Origin: Octopus sinensis
Taxonomy: Eukaryota
NCBI RefSeq assembly: GCF_006345805.1
Contig: NC_042999.1
Coordinates: forward strand, 172,360,001-172,424,000
Length of the DNA stretch: 64,000 nt
Reading direction: 5' to 3'
Under the pieces are notes generated by a model. It was not told the origin of the DNA, ran no database searches, and was given only the letters and a program-made list of their open reading frames with translations. Below are positions 24,027 through 38,000 of the stretch, piece by piece (within the stretch, counting starts at the first letter, position 1; each line of letters starts with the position of its first letter). The translations under genes and the position numbers were made by a program.

Positions 24027-24958
24027 TGATATAGATAATATATATAATATAGATATATTATATATATATAGAGGTTATATATAATGTATATATATACATA
24101 TATATATATATATATCTATATATATATATATATATTATATATACATATATATATACATAATATATATATCTATATATATATATATATACAGAAAATGGGG
24201 GCTTATTTCACAGGTGATCTAAACGATTAGGTACGCTACGTAAGTGCTGTAACAGATTACTAAGCTGCTTTGTAGCAATATTTAATAAAGCTACATACAT
24301 ACAAATATATATATATATATATATATATAATTATAAATTCACACATATCTGTAAATATATAGATATATTTACACACATACCTGTATGTTTTTTGTGAGTA
24401 TACACCTGTACTTGTACGTATGTATGTATGCATGTATGTATGTATTCAAATGTATGTGCGTATGTGTGCGTGTGTGTGAGTGTGTGTGTTCACATATGTG
24501 GGTGATTCTTTTTTTCTTTGAACTTATAATAAACTTACATTTGCAAGCAGATGTCACTGAGAGTAAATTGCAACGCTAGAAAATTAGCTACGCTTAAATT
24601 AATGTATTAATCTTACGAAGTTCACAATAGTGCTTCCTCAAATAAATGGGACACCAGAAGCAAAGCAAACTTAATTTAGCAAATTCCGAATTCCATTAAC
24701 CGCGATTCACAAAATGTAATCAAGTTCTAAAGAAAAAAAGAAAACAGAAAAACTAATCGAGATTGATTGACTCATTTATATTAGTAGTGAAAAGTTACGA
24801 CTGGCAACGAACTAAGTGTTTGAATAATCATATATACATTCGATTATACGCAAAGCTCATACAGCCCTGCATGTGTGTTTGTGTACGTGTGTATTGTGTG
24901 TGTGGCTGGTTGGTTTTGCGTGTCTGTGTTTGTATGTGTGTATGTATGTCTATATATA

Positions 24959-24996
<38 letters not shown>

Positions 24997-25023
24997 TATC
25001 ATACATACACACATTATTATTCC

Positions 25024-25057
<34 letters not shown>

Positions 25058-25353
25058 TATATATATATATTATATATATATAGGAATAAATAAATATGTA
25101 TAATTATGCATATATATGAGAGGTATTGATATCCAGCAGACTAATATGGCAGGAAAGGATATGTAAGTGCTACGGGTGGACCGTAGTTAAACTCCCCGTA
25201 CGATGATAATACAAGCGAAGAGTCCAATGCGGGTCTTGTGTGAGCATGTATATGTTAAAATAAAATGAAAAACAAAACGAACGGTGTGTGGAAATTATAG
25301 GCTACACCACCTTTTCGTCTTTTGTTGCTTTTTGTGAATTCTCTCCATATATA

Positions 25354-25404
<51 letters not shown>

Positions 25405-25417
<13 letters not shown>

Positions 25418-25662
25418 GGACTTAACACAGCACCAACATCGGTTGTCAACCATGCTAGTGGGACCAACATACATACACACACATATATATAATATCATAT
25501 ATCGACGGCTTCTTTCAGTTCCGTCTACCAAATCCACTCTCAATGCTTTGGTCGGCCCGAAGCTATAGTAGAAGACACTTGCCCAAGATGCCACGCAGTG
25601 GGACTGAACCCGGAATCATGTGGTGGTAAGCAAGCTAATCACCACACAGCCACTCCTGCGCC
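25405..25662 (-). mobile_element. SINE family A, 5' two-thirds
   Basis: Minus-strand head GGCGCAGGAGTGGCTGTGTG...GGGTTCAGTCCCACTGCGTGGCATCTTGGGCAAGTGTCTTCTACTATAGC. Confidence 0.9.
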
Positions 25663-25833
25663 TGTATATATATGATATTATATTATATATATATATTATA
25701 TATATTATATAATATATATAATATATATATATATATATATTATACATTTATTGCCTACAAATATGAGTACAAACAACTCGGATATGTTTGTAAATATATA
25801 TATAAATAATATGTATATGTGATGTGTATGTCT

Positions 25834-25906
<73 letters not shown>

Positions 25907-26619
25907 AGCATCTGAAAATATATGTGTAAATCTGCAAATGTTCAGAATACATGTCAGACTATAACGTTAAGTAACCAAAACCTGAGAGTATCGTTTAAGA
26001 AAAATTGTCAATACTTTTACTAAAAGTGTCCTTGTTCTCTACAGATCAGCAAACACATTGCAATACGCTGACACTTATAAATAATGTCCATTAGTTGACA
26101 AAGGTCACACAACTTAGCAGCCGGGGAAAATTTTTAAATACAAAATATGCAAAATATAAAATAAAAGTCTGTCGAATTTCCTATTAGTTAGCTATATTCA
26201 CACCGTGAACTTTCCTATACTTTTTGAATTACGTCTTTTCTGAAGCCCTGCAACTATTTTCTTCTATATAGACATTTGAAAGCGAGTCACTATAGTCTGT
26301 TGAAATTATCAGTATATATCATTAACGGAAAATTAAGATTTATATTTCGACACTAAAACTGAAATTAATAGTATTCTGAACTTATTTACCCATTATTGTT
26401 AAAAGACATAAATCATGATATATTATTTTGTCTGTAATCTTTAAATATAAACATGTGAAGGTGATTAAGCTTATGAGGATAACCATGATGTTTTCAATTT
26501 CCTGAGATGATGAACTGTTTCATGCAATTAGCATTGTCAGCACTGGCTTCATTAGTTTTATTTCTCTGATGATAGAGTATGAACGTTTAAATATATAAAC
26601 TTGATGTAGGCAGCGCTTT

Positions 26620-27160
26620 ATTACGAAGGGACGAGTGGAATATTCCGAAATCGTCTCTTTCGGAAAATGAACTTAAGATCGGTTACTGAGTGATGTAGCC
26701 GTTTTCTGTATGTTATCGATTGGTAATAAACCTCCGCATTTTAGGTATTCGTATCAACTTACATGTGGCTTGAGATAAAGAGCTTAAAATAGTAGTTTAA
26801 AATCACTAATTATTTATAATACTTGCTGTTATATACGATAATTGCATCCTTTGTACAATTAAGAACATGGAACTATTTATACTTAATACATCGGACATAT
26901 AGACTTGAAAACCATAGAAAATTTAGAGCCTTTTTATTATGGATGGTAGTGTAAACGACGAGCAGTTGTAAAGTGAACCTGGCTAAATCTTAATTTTATA
27001 GAAATAGATACGTTTCGACTTAGTGTTAGATCATTAAGTACATACGATATTTCTTGACGGCAACATTCATTTAATGCTTACAAGTAGTCAAACTTTAGTT
27101 TCATATAGAACCGAGTCCTAAAGGCCGCCATTGTTTCTAAGGTGGAAATGCGACAAAATC
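26620..27160 (-). promoter_or_regulatory. CpG-enriched promoter-like patch with YY1-type AATGGCGGCC motif
   Basis: CpG dinucleotides visibly denser than in the flanks; the motif overlaps an ATG at 27131. Confidence 0.4.
27082..27131 (-). CDS. Candidate first coding exon (MAAFRTRFYMKLKFDY+TT)
   Basis: AAACAATGGCGGCC start context, open frame, GTAAGC donor starting at 27081. Confidence 0.35.
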
Positions 27161-27948
27161 TATAAGAACTCTATATGATGTGTCTTATGAACTATTATAT
27201 CACAAGATTTCCATTGCACACTTTATGTTCATAAATTATATTTCTACTAAAGAACTTAAATCACTGTAAGGAAATTAGCCTTATCTGTCGCTTTTCTTTT
27301 TTCATGCAAATGTTTATGTAGCCAGCGACAGTTACTCACTTCGAACATTGCATAATCTAAATATTCATGACTATTGCAATTATTTACACCTGAAAAGATT
27401 TGGTCCCGGTCAATTTTGATTAGGAACTTGAAACGTCTAGAACATATTACAAACTGTTCAGTTATTGCACTGCTGATTTATTACAGATTCGTATATTTTT
27501 GTATTTGTATGTATTTTTGAATCAACGTGTTTAAGTTCCTTAGGAATTTATTTATTTATTGCTCGCAGACTTCTAGCTGATCATTAACAAAGAAGCAATG
27601 TTCTTTCGGTATTGCCAAGACATTTCTTGGGATCTGTGAATAGATGGATAAGTAGCTGTGTGTACATATGCAAACGCATGTGTGGCTAAATTTCCATTGA
27701 TATGGAAGACGTTGCACAACACATCGGTTAAATAAACGTGTATTTCATTACTGTTTATGTACATCTGTGTATATTGCACACTCACAAATATAATTTTGTG
27801 CATATCTTCATTCCACAGATCTCAAAGTGTCATTAGTTGTAGCCCTTTACAGATTTTTCCCTGCTGCACTAATTGATTGTACTTGCAGAATGCGAATCAT
27901 TTTCCATTATTTCTAAAAGTGCATGCAACTTAGTTAAACATATCTCTA

Positions 27949-28000
<52 letters not shown>

Positions 28001-28023
28001 TATATATATATACATATATATAT

Positions 28024-28060
<37 letters not shown>

Positions 28061-29469
28061 TGTATGTGACTGTATACTACGAACTTTGCTTGGCTAGTGG
28101 TTCATTCTTATAGCGAGAAAACTTGGGCAAGTATATTTTGTTATATATATATTGGTATGAATCTCGATAATCATGCATATATATTGGCAGGACCTGAGCT
28201 CTTACTGAAACCTGTTGGACAATGACAAAATTATATACATGTGTGTGTGTGGGGGGGGTGTATACGCGTGTGCCTATGTGTATAACTACACGAGAAGAAA
28301 GACATACTGATTAGATACTTATGCAAATTTGCCCCTCCATGAAGAAATATGTAAATGTGTATAGGAAATTTTATTTTATAATATATGTTTGTCTATGGAA
28401 ATGTAGATGCAGATATTATCAGCCATAATCATTAAGGAAGTCCAGGATCAAAGCTTTCAGAAATTTATATGGAAATTAAATCTTTTCTAAGCATACTATA
28501 TATTTCTCTCTGTTTCTAATGCAAAAATATTTCTTCATTGTTTTATCCATGCTTATTACTCAAAAGAAAATGTTTATTGCTACATGTATGTTACACATTT
28601 CCAGATATTCATTTTATCACTTTAGGTACAATTGAAAACAATACTTTGATAAATAAAGATTAAGTGCTATTAATAAGGTGAGTAATATTATTGCATATGG
28701 CAATATACATAACAGACAATACAGCATTAAAGTAATAAATTACTACATATATTTTCTCCAGTTGATTGTAGTTATACGTTTTATATAAATGAAGCAACAT
28801 TACGAACTCAGGTTATTGTTACGAAATATTTGAAGCTTACCTCTAAATAAAACCAGCTATATTTACATCATTGCATGGTATTATCATTCCTAGATTAAAT
28901 AGAACAGCCAAACATAAATACGATTCCTGAAACCTACACCCTGCCAATTGCAAATCTTTCCCAAATAAGTTATTACTTAGCTACAGAAAAAAAAACGTAT
29001 CTTAGCTGACTCACTACAGATTATATCAAACCCATCTATATATTCAGGTGTATCTAGTGATCCTACAGTCATAACCAAACTCTAGTAAACACAAACTCAT
29101 TTCCTTTGTGATTATTTGGTTCTGCCAATTTTTCTGACATTTAAAAACATCTTAGTATTTATGTATCCTTAAAACATTTCTGATTTCTGTACATCACAGA
29201 ATGAAAGCTCACGCTAAATTAATTCTTATGAGTGCATATAGCTAACGTTATTTGAAATTTTAGACAAACACTGCCATATCTTTAGAATTCCTCTCAAGAA
29301 TACTTCTGGAAAATATATCATGAATGAACATAAATATATGCATAATTTGTCCAACAGTTCGTTTCCAAAATGCCAAATTGATATAGGTATCCTAAGAAAT
29401 TATACTTAAATAAATGCAATCTCATATATTACATAATCATACACTTCTGATGTATAATATGAACTGAGC

Positions 29470-29850
29470 AGGAAGTAGATTGCTTACAAACTAAATGGGT
29501 CTAGGTACAGTACCACTGCGTGGCACGTTGGGCAAGTGTCTTCTACTATAGCCTCGAACCAACCAAAGCCTTGTGAGTGAATTTCGTAGAAGGAAACTGA
29601 AAGAAGCCCGTTGCGTATATATGTACATGTGTTTGTGTGTCTGTGTTTGTCCCTCAACATCGCTTGACAATTGATGCTGGTGTGTTTGCGTCCCCGTGAC
29701 TTAGCGGTTCGGCAAAAGATATCCGATAGAATAAGCACTGGGCTTACACAGAATAAGTCTAGGGGTTGATTTGCTCGACAAAAGGCGGTGCTCCAGCATG
29801 GCCGTAGTAAAATGACTGATGCAAATAAAAGAATAAAAGAATATAAGAAC
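29470..29850 (+). mobile_element. SINE family A
   Basis: CCACTGCGTGGCACGTTGGGCAAGTGTCTTCTACTATAGCC ... GGCGGTGCTCCAGCATGGCCG ... TAAAAGAATAAAAGAAT tail. Confidence 0.9.
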
Positions 29851-30399
29851 GGAAAGGATCCCAGTCATATCTGATAGTATATAATGAGTCATTATGTAGA
29901 AATCTACTCAGGTAATTTTTCCTCCTTGCACGAAATACTGTGAAACGGTGCCGTTCTTTTACGCCAAACCATCATCCTTTTTCTTCTTCTTTACAGAATC
30001 TGACATATTACTTGGATCTACATTTTCAAATAACACTATTAAAGTACTCGCCATATCTCTACAACAATATATCATAGAAAACTTGAAGCAAAACCAAATT
30101 ATTATGCGTTTCTTAGCCCTTAGTTTCTTCATATAAGGATATGAATGTATTGTGATTTGAGCAGGACTTTTCTCTCAGCTACTAAGCAACTGAAACAAGC
30201 AGAAGCGTGATACAAGCTACCACAACTTATCTGCAATCTTTTTCTTTTAACCTATACGCGGTGTTCCTATAATGTTCACAAGTATTATAACAATTATGGA
30301 TTTTCATCTTCCTTTTATTTTTTTATTTACCTCATTATTACGCATCTACTTCACCGTCATATGGTAGTATTTTAATTTAAACACCCACTTTTTGTCTAA

Positions 30400-30660
30400 T
30401 AAAATATATATTAATATGACAAGATTATAAATCATCTTTCAAACAACAATCTTGGGCACATTTTTGAATACCATACGTCAAATAATAGTTGACATGCTTA
30501 CAAAATCATAAACCAAAACAGCACCTATCACATTCGGAAGCATTTTCTGACGCTCAGACTTGTTGAATCATGGAATAAACTAGTTGCATCACTAGTCAGT
30601 TGTCGAGACACTACATCCTTCAAAGCTTCCATGCTTTCTGTATAAAAGAATTTCTTTCAT
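30400..30660 (+). mobile_element. Decayed CR1/L2-type LINE, extreme 3' coding fragment
   Basis: RKHFLTLRLVESWNKLVASLVSCRDTTSFKASM fits the 'R..FF..RV...WN.LP..VV.......FK..L' C-terminal motif. Confidence 0.6.
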
Positions 30661-30799
30661 ATATACATGACTAGTGTTAGCATATATATATCAGTGTGTA
30701 TGTTTGTGTGTGTATATATGTGTGTGTACACACACAAACACACATATATATATATATATGTATATATGTATATATATATATGTGTGTGTGTGTGTGTGA

Positions 30800-31040
30800 G
30801 TGTGTGTATGTGTTTGTGAGTCTTTCTGTCATCCCTGTTAGTCTCTCTTGATATCCGCTTGATATCCGGTCTTGGTGTGTTTGCATCCCCGTAGCCTAGA
30901 GGTTTATCAAAAGAGACGGATAGAATAAGGACCAGGCTTAAAACAGAAGTACTGGGGTTGATTCACTCGACTAAAATTTCAGAGTGGTGCCCTAGCATGG
31001 CCGCAGTCTAATGACTGAAAAAAGTAAATGATAAAATATA
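30800..31040 (+). mobile_element. SINE family A, 3' half
   Basis: GGTGTGTTTGCATCCCCGTAGCC...GATAGAATAAG...GTGGTGCCCTAGCATGGCCGCAGTC. Confidence 0.85.
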
Positions 31041-31129
31041 AGAGATATCTATCAATCTATCAATCACTTTCTCTCTGTGTCTCCCTTCTCCCTCTCTTTC
31101 TCTGTCTCTCTCTTTATATGTATGTATAT

Positions 31130-31448
31130 ATATAGGATCACTCCGTCGGTTACGACGACTAGGGTCCCTGCTGATACGATCAACGGAACAGCCTGCTCGT
31201 GACATTAACGTGCAAGTGACTGAGCAATCCGCATACACGCGTACGCCTAAGGTAGGGCGATTCAGCGTGACACAGAATGTTACAATGCCGGCCCTTTGAA
31301 ATACAGGTTCAACTCATTTTTGCCAGTAGAGTGGATTGGAGCAACGTGAAATAAATGTCTTGCTCAAGAAAACAACGCGTCGCCGAGAATCGAACTCACA
31401 ACCTTACAATCGTGAGCCGAATGCCCAAACCACTAGCCACGCGCCTTC
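31130..31448 (-). mobile_element. SINE family C variant
   Basis: Minus-strand tRNA-like head GGCGCGTGGCTAGTGGTTTGGGCATTCGGCTCACGATTGTAAGG; GGAGCAACGTGAAATAAA body shared with 18.26 kb. Confidence 0.85.
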
Positions 31449-31552
31449 ATCTCTTTCTATATGTGTGGACGCGAGTTTGCACATGTACATCTATTTAATT
31501 GTGTATGATATATTTCTCCAAAAGACTTGTATCGATGTACACCACGCGCGCG

Positions 31553-31626
<74 letters not shown>

Positions 31627-32091
31627 AATCAATAGAGATATACTGTAAAGTGTAGTCATTCTTTTAATTGGGAGTAGAATTAGAAAAATAATCAACAAAT
31701 GTACGCGCTGAGAGTTCAAAATAATTATCAAAGTGGTTAAATGCTACCAAGTCTATTAGAAAATTCAATGTAGTGGTGATTTTCCCTGACTGAGATTAAA
31801 TTAACGCTGGGCACCTCTTTTTAATGTCCCTGTGCCCTCTACTGACATTAAAAAAACCGCCAGGTACTGATTGAATAAAATTGTAACAATATAGAAACTA
31901 AAGCATGCTCATTTATAAAGAGAATCGTAACTTTCTTTTTACTGGAAGTTGATGTCTCTGTATTTTCTAACACAATTGAACTCTACATTGTATTTGGTGC
32001 GCTATATTATGTTTGTGCACACTCACAAGTTGCGCGCATACACTTATGTATATTTGTATATATGAATACATGCATATGTATATGTGTGTGA

Positions 32092-32139
<48 letters not shown>

Positions 32140-32975
32140 TATATATATACGTTGTAGTGAATCATGTGTCTTATATAGAGCCTTTGAGTTATATATATAT
32201 ATATATAATATATATATATAAACTAGGTGAACTTTATTTGCTGTTATGCATAGCAACTTTTTGCAAATATTTATGCCAAGAATTAGCAACAATACTGTAA
32301 AATAACTAAACGTTAACAACTGATGGCTTAGCAGAAAATGAACAAGCTTCCTGAAGGATGCGAAACATTTTTACTTTTCATCATAAACAATAACTCACAA
32401 CAACACTTAAATAGAATATATATCCTTTTTCTGTAAAGTAGCTTATATATCATTTGCAAATGAGCGTCATGTTACTCATCAATAATGCTGAGTATTTGCT
32501 GGTTTGATGTGAATAAGTTACATCTAAATATGTGTGTAGACATATATTATATGTGTGTGTATGAGCGTTTATGTGTGTGTGTGTGTGTGTGCAAAATATG
32601 TATATGTATAATAGTTACAAGATCTGAAAGAAAATATGCAAGCGAAGTAAGCAAAATAAAGCTTCTCGATGTTTCGAACTTTTGAAATGATTTGATATCC
32701 GAGATTTAACAACGTTAGCGAGCGTTTCGTTTTCTTTGGGTATTATAAAAAATAACGTAGTTTACATCAGACCACTTACATGTATGAATTTTGGCCTGAT
32801 GTAGCAGCTGTTAGTTCCTATTGTGTTACTCTTAGGAAGTGTAAAAGATGGTTAGTACTTCGTTCAAACTTCCATTTTGCTACATTTATCGAAATCCCAC
32901 AGAATCCCTCTCACCAAACTGATTTGGTACACGCATACTACTCCCGCTCAGGATCAGGAATGTAGATATTGTTAG

Positions 32976-33034
32976 CCATTAAGGGGCATGATGAAGAAGT
33001 TAAGATCAAGCAACTGTCAAGCAATTCTGTGGTA
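32976..33034 (+). CDS. Candidate exon (xIKGHDEEVKIKQLSSNSVV), unidentified
   Basis: TTAG acceptor, GTGAGC donor, open frame. Confidence 0.2.
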
Positions 33035-33879
33035 GTGAGCAGAATATTTGATATAATGATATTTCTGCTTCGAAATCCAGCACTGAATCGGGGTTAAATG
33101 TAGTAGAAAATAGATCAGTTTCAAAACATTGATGCCCAGATTGCAAAAGCAAATTTTGAATAGAAAAGTAGCCATTTCCTTTCATTTCTAGATAGTAAAA
33201 AATACTAAATAACAGTTGCTGACCAAAGACAAAAAAATTGTTACACAGTTTAATACATATATACGTACGTACACAGTAGTAAAAAGAAATGGAAATGACA
33301 TATTTAATTTATCATGAACTTCATCAGACTATGGTACTCCTTTTTTCTGCTATATGATGCATTTCACTTATTTTCTGATAATGAGTGCAATAGCCATCTC
33401 CACTTGAGGGAGAACCGATGAAGCTATAGTATGATACGCGTGCACTTAATTATGCGTGCATTGCATCCCATTGCAGAAACAACTGTGAGCTAATTGAAGT
33501 TCATGATATGATCTCTTATTTTTTTTTTGTTATTCACATTTCTTATTACTGCTCTGTATTCGATTGACGCTTTGCTCTGTAGCATATGTATAATTGACTT
33601 CTAACACCTGATTCGCTATGCCCGAGGGAAGTAATAAAATATATGAGCAGGCGTACACATCACATACACATACATATACGCGCACACGCACACACACACA
33701 CACACATACAATAATATATATTTCCCATCTCACCCACATTTGCATATAGGTATTAATTTACATAATATCATTATTTTACCTATTTTCAAATGTAGGATTT
33801 GTTCTTTTAACTAATAGGATGTAAAATGAGGGACATTTAGCTATTATATGACAAGTGCAAATTTCATGATTTTTTAATA

Positions 33880-33950
<71 letters not shown>

Positions 33951-33959
33951 GTATAGGCA

Positions 33960-34028
33960 CACATAGTTCAAATTTACGGAAAACAAAAGACGAAGATAGA
34001 TGAAGAAACAACAGCAGTTATATTAGTT
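33960..34028 (-). mobile_element. Fragment of Penelope-type repeat family H2
   Basis: Matches the reverse complement of 44415-44480. Confidence 0.65.
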
Positions 34029-34776
34029 TATTCCCTTAGTTTTACATCTTTACACTTTTATCGCCTTCAAAATATTCTCCATTTGAAGCAATGCATCGGT
34101 TGAGGTACGTTTTCCATTATGCGAAGCAGTAGCGAAACTATTGCGAGGTGATGCCTTTTAACGCTTCCGTGTGCTTTTTCTTAACCTCTTCCACATCCTC
34201 CAATTCCGTAGACACTGCTTTCCTCATCAGTGATGACCTTCGAAAATAGTCTGGATCAACGTACAACTGTTCTTACAGTTTACGATACGCATTCAGTCGT
34301 GACTACTTTTCATCTTGTTTGCAAATGCGGTACAAATTTTGTTACAACTCTTGTCATTCGCATGGTCAGAATCCGTTGGCAAGAGCTCCAGGACACACCA
34401 ATCATATCAACAAGTTCGGTAATTGTTCTGTAACGGACCCCAGGAGCAGTTCAAGAATTTTCATGAAGTTTTCATTCTTTCGGGAAGTTGATGGTCGCCT
34501 TCTAAGCTGTTTGAAGCATGACAACTGTTTCAGTCGCCGTTTTCCCTTGCAGAAAACAGAATTTCAGCCATCGAAAAAAAAAAAAAGAAAACGATGAACA
34601 GGAGAGAAGCACTGCAAAACAAAGACGCACCATGTAGCAGTATGACCCCACACGATAATGCCGGTTGGCAGACTTGTCCCTGTGAGTGCATCAAGTAGTT
34701 CCCAACCACGGAAGCCTGAACTACGACAGGCATGTCCCACAGAGAATGTTTCCAGTTACTTTTGGGAACTCCTTAT
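34025..34776 (-). mobile_element. Internally deleted Tc1/mariner (mariner-type) transposon relic
   Basis: Fragments KFCFLQGKTATETVVMLQTA, GRPSTSRKNENF, MRMTRVVTKFVP, FSKVITDEESSVYG fused to DVEEVKKK...RCIASNGEYFEGDK; 5' TIR-like TATAAGGAGTTCCCAAAAGTAACTGGAA at ~34749-34776. Confidence 0.9.
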
Positions 34777-35133
34777 ATATATGTGTGTGTGCGTGTGTGT
34801 ATGTGTGTATGTGTGTGCATAGGTGTGTATGTATGTATGTGTGTGTATATACTAACACATATGTATTTGATTAGCTATAAAGACAATCTAAAATATGCTA
34901 ACCTTTTATTCTTTGATTTTTTTTTCATGTTTTCAGCCGTAGGACTGCGACTATTTTGGAACGCCGCCTTAATTTATTTCCTTTCAGTTTTGTTGTCAGT
35001 TTATGAAGTGTGATTGAGTTTGAAGCCACTGATCTTACCAGAGTGCTGTTGTCTAGCCCGGCATCATCGTTAGGAGCTTATCGAACGCTTTTTTTAATTT
35101 TTAGGGATCTCTTTATACTTTTGGTTTCTTTAG

Positions 35134-35184
35134 CCAATTACAATTGAGGACCTCAGAAAATGTGACTTTGTGATCTCCAATATC
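35134..35184 (+). CDS. Candidate exon (PITIEDLRKCDFVISNI), unidentified
   Basis: Good pyrimidine tract + TAG acceptor; modest GTATAC donor; phase-compatible with 32976-33034. Confidence 0.2.
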
Positions 35185-35469
35185 GTATACTATGACTAAC
35201 GTCGCTCGTACTAATTGTGCGCCTTGTTCTAGGTAACTGGGTAAAGTTGCAATCGCGTTGAAAGTAGTGGCATATTTTTGTGTTTTGTGTTTTCATTGAT
35301 TTTATTTAATTTATGCTTAACAGATTCATCATGAAGCTGGGGGAGGGGCAGTTGTAATTAGGAATAATTCTTCATTAATTGAAGCAGCTGTTGTACTGTA
35401 GGAGCAGTAGAATAGGATGACATTAGCGATAGTGGATCGTTTTTGTTTTATTCAGTGAGAGTGGAAATT

Positions 35470-35830
35470 TCGTGCAGCTTGACTGTGGAGAAGAGCTAGT
35501 CATTGTGTAGTTTAATAGGTCATCAATTGTGCTAGTGTTGAGGAGTGGTTGTGACGGCTAACCGTGTTGCTATTGTTTTTGTTGTTGGTTGGTATTGGTA
35601 GTAGTAATAGTAATAGCTGTAGAACACGATAGCATTGATGATGTTTAGTCTGTTTTGGTATATGAAAGAAATGAGAAATATTGTTAACTGGACTGTGAAA
35701 GGCAGTTTATCATGGAGTTCAATAGGTCATCAATTATGTTAGCATTGAGGAGTAATTACGTGCTAGTCATGTTGCTGTTGTTGTTTCTTTTGTTGTCGTT
35801 CGATTTGCTTTTGTTTCTGCTGCTGTTGTT
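35470..35830. repeat. Diverged ~205-bp tandem duplication in GT-rich low-complexity DNA
   Basis: AATAGGTCATCAATT(G/A)TG(C/T)TAG...TTGAGGAGT occurs at ~35514 and ~35720. Confidence 0.65.
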
Positions 35831-36375
35831 GAACGTAGTTGGAGAAAAAAAATGTTGAATTTTCTTAAAATGTTTTGAAATTAATTTAAACGAGATTTAA
35901 TATTTGACTTTGTTCTGTGTTTCCTTCTGGCAAAATGGCAATATGGCAATATAATTCAGACATAAAGCAGGTATGCTTCCAGTTTGGGAAAAACAAAACC
36001 ACGCATTAAGTTTTCCTTGTGTATAAATACAAATCAGAGCACATATTTCTTCCGCCATCATGACGTAAATCATAACTTATATATATATATATAATATATA
36101 TGTGTGTGTGTATGTGTGCGTGTAGGGGGAGTTGTGTGTGCTTGTTTGTTTATAGATGAGTGTGTGCGTGGGCGCGTACACGTATCTGTGTTTGCAGATA
36201 TATATATACAAAACTATAGTTGCAAGTATGTATGTATATTCATATATTTATATAATATATAAGTATATATATATGCATGTATATATATATATATATACAT
36301 GCATATATATATATATATATGCATGTATATATATATATATATATATATATGCATGCATATATATATATAATACAC

Positions 36376-36430
<55 letters not shown>

Positions 36431-38000
36431 TATATAAATATGTACGTGTATATACACACAAATACATATGCCTGTATGTATCCACACATGTATAATACCT
36501 AAATGCTCATTGTACCTAATTAATAATTTACACACATACATGCATTAAATATAACTGTCAGCTTCGTGTGTCTAATTCGTCCATTATTGTAGCGCCAGAT
36601 ATTTACACAGGAACCTATCACTATATAATAATGAGGTATGACAAATTTTACAGCTGTACATCAACAACAAATTATGGAGTGATCCAACAACAGCAAACGT
36701 TAATATGTTTAAAATATTATTTGCATGTTTTCTTGAAAAAATAACAAATTGCTGAAAATTATGTTATGATATAAAGTAACTAGTTTTGAATGAATTGAAG
36801 CTATACAAATATGTTATGAATGAATTTGAAAGTCAAGTACATTTAGAGTTTCTATTTAGCAACTTACATAAGTGAAATGATCATAGCTTGCTTAGTTTAC
36901 CACAAAATATATAAATGACAAATAGCATCTCTCGAAACGGAAACAATTGAGTTTAATCGGTTTACTCAGAATTTATTTTGAATGGCGTTCAAAATATTTA
37001 CCTGAAGAGAAATATTTTGAAATGGTTTAATGCTTCCAATGTTCTATAAAGAATAGGTAGTCGGCATTTCATCTCGCAAACTCACTGCTCAATTAAACGC
37101 GATTAACGATAATATGTTCTCAATCAGATTATCTTAGGTACTCCTCATGTTGTAATGTGCTCTACATCTATCTGTTCCTTAGAGCATCTAATTTATTTCA
37201 TAAACATCGTTCTTTCAGTTGTTATTGCTCAGAAAAATAAGTTCATTTACAATACAGACTTTGACAAATATATATTCGATATTTTTACGAAGGCAGACGT
37301 TTCAAAAGTTTATCATTTAATTATTGTACTTACTAACTTGATTAACTGTCTGTCATTGCAAAGAATTCTATTGAATACTGTAGTCTATCTCAGTTAGAAG
37401 GTGAAACATTTGAATGTTATAAGAACAACTCACGGCTATATGTTTCTTATTAGTTATTTCCAAGACATATCGTCTTGTTTCATAACAACCGTTTAAGATA
37501 ATATTCAGGAAATGAAATCTGTCTGGTTGCAGACCAAATGATCGATGAATATATTTCAGATTTCTCTTGTTTATAACAATTTTATTTCTGTCATATTCAG
37601 ACTGCAAATAATTAAAATAAGAAAGAACTAGCAACGCACGCCTTTTTGTCTCAAATAAAAGTATCGTGAACTTTTAGAAATAGCAGCCAATTCCACTCGA
37701 AATTCAACCCTTTAAAAATTAGATATATTCAAGATCATGAGTCTAGATATAATATCTAATGTAAAGATCAGGATTATCGAGATTGATATGTCTTTGATTC
37801 TAGGAACGATGAATCAGTCAAAGAAAATACGGTCTACTTTTTTACAAGATGGGAATATTGAATCAATGTATAATGTGCTATATTTTTGAAATAAACGTGT
37901 TTAAATCCCATCCGAAATGATGTGAACAGAATTCTGACCGATCAGGGTAGAAATGTGGATTAATATGTAAAACAGGAAGCTTTTGATATGTCTTAGAGTG

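Noticed and set aside
24616-24728. Minus-strand segment with strong splice signals
   Set aside because: Stops in all three frames; does not continue the 27131 start as a coding exon.
26506-26569. C/D box snoRNA (ATGATGA...CTGA)
   Set aside because: No terminal stem, no clear C'/D' boxes and no recognisable rRNA-complementary guide.
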